This document shows, in pieces, positions 60,941 through 64,000 of a DNA stretch of 64,000 nt (its first letter is position 1; each line of letters begins with the position of its first letter). The notes below the pieces were generated by a model, which saw nothing but the letters and a program-made list of their open reading frames with translations, had not been told where the DNA came from and did no database searches. The DNA is from Gammaproteobacteria bacterium (GTDB lineage: Bacteria > Pseudomonadota > Gammaproteobacteria > Eutrophobiales > Eutrophobiaceae), in contig CBDCTH010000012.1 of assembly GCA_965222155.1 (NCBI GenBank), positions 32,001-96,000 on the forward strand, in the 5' to 3' direction. The translations under genes were made by a program, and so were the position numbers.

Positions 60941-61157
60941 AATGTATCCGTTAGTAGAGTTCTCGGAAGATAAACTTGTTGTCTGGTTAGTGGATGGACG
61001 AACAATAATGATACCTCTTATATGGTTTCCCCGGCTTGCAAGCGCGACAGCTGAACAGTTACGAAAATATGAAATATTGGGAGATGGTGAAGGTATCCAC
61101 TGGCCGGATATAGATGAAGATCTGAGTGTAAATGGACTGCTTCGTGGCACGCACTGA
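60921..61157 (+). CDS. DUF2442-family protein, usual partner of DUF4160 in a putative toxin-antitoxin pair
   Basis: LVDGRTIMIPLIWFPRL..AT..GIHWPDIDEDLSV. Confidence 0.85.
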   Translation: MNERAVKMYPLVEFSEDKLVVWLVDGRTIMIPLIWFPRLASATAEQLRKYEILGDGEGIHWPDIDEDLSVNGLLRGTH

Positions 61158-61190
61158 AGAGTGAACCCACCGTCTACATGATTTACGCAG

Positions 61191-61565
61191 TTAATCTCCC
61201 TGGTTTGATTTCTCCATCATAAGCAACGGCAATAAGCGCCGGATGGCCCGCTTCTTTATTCTTTCTACCGCGCCCACATAGAAATCGGGGTTGACCCCCC
61301 TGTCTGTCAGGGCGGTTTGCAGTTCGGCCAGGATCGAATTGCAGGTTTCAACCGCATTGCCTGCGACGACACGAATATCCGGGCTTGATGCCACATGCTC
61401 ACGTGCCTCGTCCTGCAAACAGCTTGTATATGCCAGATTTGTTTCGCCCATCAATATCATATCTGCGCTGTCAAATGAGTTTCTCGGCGGCGTTTCTGCA
61501 AATGCCGCAACGCCGGCAAAATACAGGAACATCATTATCCCGTATATCTTGCCGGGGCTAACCAT
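61191..61565 (-). CDS. Hypothetical exported protein
   Basis: Signal-like N-terminus (AFA-E) and two Cys residues; overlaps the dps stop codon. Confidence 0.55.
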   Translation of the reverse strand: MVSPGKIYGIMMFLYFAGVAAFAETPPRNSFDSADMILMGETNLAYTSCLQDEAREHVASSPDIRVVAGNAVETCNSILAELQTALTDRGVNPDFYVGAVERIKKRAIRRLLPLLMMEKSNQGD

Positions 61566-62034
61566 GGTCTTCCAGCAAACTGCGCAGCATCCAGGCATTT
61601 TTCTCGTGGATTTGCATGCGTTGCGTCAACAGGTCCGCCGAGGGTTCATCATTGGCGCTCTCCACTACCGGGAATATACTCCTGGCTGTCTTGACCACCG
61701 CTTCCTGACCCTGGACCAGTTGCCTTATCATCTCTGCCGCTCCCGGCACTCCGGTTTCCTCCCGGATCGAGGACAATCGGCTGAATTGCTCATAAGACCC
61801 GGGTGCCGCTACCCCCAATGCCCGGATGCGTTCTGCAATTTCATCCACTGCCGTCGCCAGTTCCGTGTAGTGCTGTTCAAACAGGGTGTGCAAAGTGCTG
61901 AACATCGGTCCGGTCACGTTCCAATGGAAATTATGTGTCTTCAGATAGAGTGTATAACTGTCGGCCAGTAACCTGGACAAACCTTCAGCTATCTGTTGCC
62001 GGTTATCTTCGGAAATACCAATATCTATATGCAT
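61558..62034 (-). CDS. dps: Dps family DNA protection protein
   Basis: [33 protein letters not shown]. Confidence 0.93.
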   Translation of the reverse strand: MHIDIGISEDNRQQIAEGLSRLLADSYTLYLKTHNFHWNVTGPMFSTLHTLFEQHYTELATAVDEIAERIRALGVAAPGSYEQFSRLSSIREETGVPGAAEMIRQLVQGQEAVVKTARSIFPVVESANDEPSADLLTQRMQIHEKNAWMLRSLLEDHG

Positions 62035-62237
62035 GAGATCCTCCTGTCTGGAATCGTGATTAATCAATTATCAAACAGCATAGCGCAATATCTTGGATAA
62101 CGATATTCGTAATATTTTATGGAAAGGATAGATTAAATTAATCATTACCGGCTACGCCGGAATAGCCAATGCAGAGCTATGTGTTTGCATTGAGTCATTC
62201 CAATACAAGTGATGTGGTTTTCATATAAACTGTTGCC

Positions 62238-62765
62238 ATGTATAAGGATGCCGTAATACTCGCCAAGACCTTTTGTTACATATGCCTGCTGAAGTATCGG
62301 CCCCAGGACGTTCCTGCTTCCCGGGAGTTGTTGATGCTCAGCGTCGGAATTTATTTTCTGCTTGATTTCGTGCTGGCAGAACTGGATAAGAACATAACGG
62401 GGGCGCTGCCGGCAGCTATCGTCGGTACTGTGTTTTTATTGGTGTTTGTTCTGTTACTGTTGCTGTTGTGTCGTAAAGTAAACAGGTGGGCTCAGACTGT
62501 AACGGCATTGGCCGGAACCGGGATAATTTTTGGTTTATTGCTCATGCCTGGTGTCCTGACCGTGTCCGAATCCGGCCCGATGACATTCATGCAACAAATC
62601 TTCTCCGTACTCCTTTACCTTGTGCTCATCTGGTACGTGGTGGTTCTGGCGCATATTTTTCGACATGCAATGTCGTCCTCGTTCGCCCTCGGGACATGCG
62701 TCTCGATCATGTATATGTTACTGGGGATATTCATCGAGTTAACCCTCGTGTATCCCGATTCGTGA
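62238..62765 (+). CDS. Hypothetical inner-membrane protein upstream of mpl
   Basis: PQDVPAS motif and about five hydrophobic segments; its stop overlaps the mpl start (GTGA). Confidence 0.7.
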   Translation: MYKDAVILAKTFCYICLLKYRPQDVPASRELLMLSVGIYFLLDFVLAELDKNITGALPAAIVGTVFLLVFVLLLLLLCRKVNRWAQTVTALAGTGIIFGLLLMPGVLTVSESGPMTFMQQIFSVLLYLVLIWYVVVLAHIFRHAMSSSFALGTCVSIMYMLLGIFIELTLVYPDS

Positions 62766-64000
62766 AGCTGCATATACTCGGGATCTGCGGTACGTTTATG
62801 GGCGGTATCGCCCGCCTGGCGCAACAACTCGGTCACGAGGTTGCCGGCAGTGACCGGAATGTTTATCCGCCCATGAGTGAGGAATTGGCCAAATCAGGCA
62901 TACAGGTCAAGCAAGGCTATGACCCGGACCGGCTCAACCCCAGGCCGGACCTGGTCATAGTCGGGAATGCCCTGTCCCGGGGCAACGAGAGCGTAGAGTA
63001 CGTGCTGGCGGAAAAGATTCCCTACATGTCCGGGCCACAATGGCTGGCAGAAAATGTGTTGCCGGGACGCATGGTAATTGCCGTCTCCGGCACCCATGGC
63101 AAAACCACCACTTCAAGCATACTTGCCTGGCTGTTGCATGGCGCGGGACGGGACCCCGGGTTTTTGATCGGCGGGGTGCCGGAAAATTTCGGGTGCTCCG
63201 CGACCATCGGCAGTTCAGAACTGTTCGTGGTTGAAGCCGATGAATATGACACGGCTTTTTTCGATAAGCGGTCGAAGTTTATCCACTACCGTCCCGATGT
63301 ATTAATCATCAATAATATAGAATATGATCACGCGGATATATTCGCAGATGTAGCGGCTGTTCAGAGGCAGTTTCACCATCTTATCCGGACCGTTCCCGGC
63401 AACGGCCGGATTATTGCGAGGGCGGCAAGTCCACATATCGATACGCTGCTGGAGATGGGATGCTGGTCACCGGTGGACCGTTTTGGTGACGTTTCCAGCG
63501 CCTGGCGAACCGTACCGTTGAACCGGAACTATTCGGAGTTCCAGGTAATCAAACAAGGACAGGAAGTGGGGAGGGTGCACTGGTCGTTATTTGGCGAGCA
63601 TAACGCGGAAAATGCCCTGGCGGCGCTGATAGCGGCACACCGGGTTGGTGTGGATATGCAGCAGGCCTGTGAAAGCCTGTCCGGTTTTACCAGCGTAAAG
63701 CGGCGGTTACAATTGCTGGCGAGAGTCGATGGCGTTTCAGTTTATGACGATTTTGCCCACCATCCGACGGCCATCAAACGTGCGCTGCAGGCGCTCAGAA
63801 GCCATGTTGGTGAACAACGTCTCATTGCCGTACTGGAGTTACGTTCGAATACGATGAAAGCAGGAATACATAAAAATACGCTGGCCGCGGCGCTGACGGA
63901 TGCGGACCTGGTCTATGTGCTTGAACCTTCGGGACTTGGCTGGGACCTGCGCGCGAGTCTTAGCGGTCTGGCTGACAAGTTGCGCGTATTTGTCACTGTG
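62762..64000 (+). CDS. mpl: Murein peptide ligase, partial (runs off the window)
   Basis: My translation from GTG 62762 gives KLHILGICGTFMGG, GTHGKTTT, EADEYDTAFFDKRSKF, YDDFAHHPTAI and RSNTMK. It is absent from the supplied ORF track because no stop falls within the window. Confidence 0.93.
   Translation, partial: MKLHILGICGTFMGGIARLAQQLGHEVAGSDRNVYPPMSEELAKSGIQVKQGYDPDRLNPRPDLVIVGNALSRGNESVEYVLAEKIPYMSGPQWLAENVLPGRMVIAVSGTHGKTTTSSILAWLLHGAGRDPGFLIGGVPENFGCSATIGSSELFVVEADEYDTAFFDKRSKFIHYRPDVLIINNIEYDHADIFADVAAVQRQFHHLIRTVPGNGRIIARAASPHIDTLLEMGCWSPVDRFGDVSSAWRTVPLNRNYSEFQVIKQGQEVGRVHWSLFGEHNAENALAALIAAHRVGVDMQQACESLSGFTSVKRRLQLLARVDGVSVYDDFAHHPTAIKRALQALRSHVGEQRLIAVLELRSNTMKAGIHKNTLAAALTDADLVYVLEPSGLGWDLRASLSGLADKLRVFVTV

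Noticed and set aside
62075-62160. OxyR- or Fur-type site upstream of dps
   Set aside because: The region is AT-rich with partial ATAG-like elements, but I could not match a full consensus spacing.

Overview
This is a gammaproteobacterial chromosomal segment; the clade is inferred from gene order and protein sequences. It has four parts. (1) 1-16.9 kb is an AT-rich defence and mobile-element island ending at dapD. It holds a degenerate group II intron (9-1868) inserted precisely into an IS5-family transposase, a second IS5 copy and an IS630 element that both interrupt one trypsin-like serine protease gene, a truncated DUF262 gene, an apparently intact Zorya type I operon (zorABCD) and an IS3 remnant. 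(2) Core genes follow: dapD-dapC, leuB-asd-fimV-truA-trpF-trpB, then trpA-accD-folC-dedD-cvpA-purF. (3) About 15.9 kb of accessory DNA separates trpB from trpA. It carries the most novel-looking locus, a co-oriented cluster of predicted exported proteins: autotransporter-like barrel, DUF4384 lipoprotein, DUF4384 protein, OmpA-caspase-DUF4384, WD40-caspase and alpha/beta-hydrolase lipoprotein, with recurrent T-R-[GS]-[IV]-G and K-D-[LI] motifs. An FG-GAP/RTX protein, decayed genes and a large 2OG-Fe(II) oxygenase come after it. (4) The right part holds brnTA, phaR-phaA, lpd-sucB-sucA, gltA-mdh, rppH, a MITE-split DUF4160/DUF2442 pair, dps and mpl (partial). Several small repeat families are scattered through the window: a TGA-flanked ~72-bp hairpin element that inserts in frame into genes, ISAs1-like MITEs with 10-bp target duplications, and GGGGAC...GTCCCC palindromes. 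The decaying mobile elements show an apparent A:T->C:G substitution bias. No tRNA, rRNA or CRISPR array was recognised. All family assignments come from motif recognition by eye; no database searches were run.
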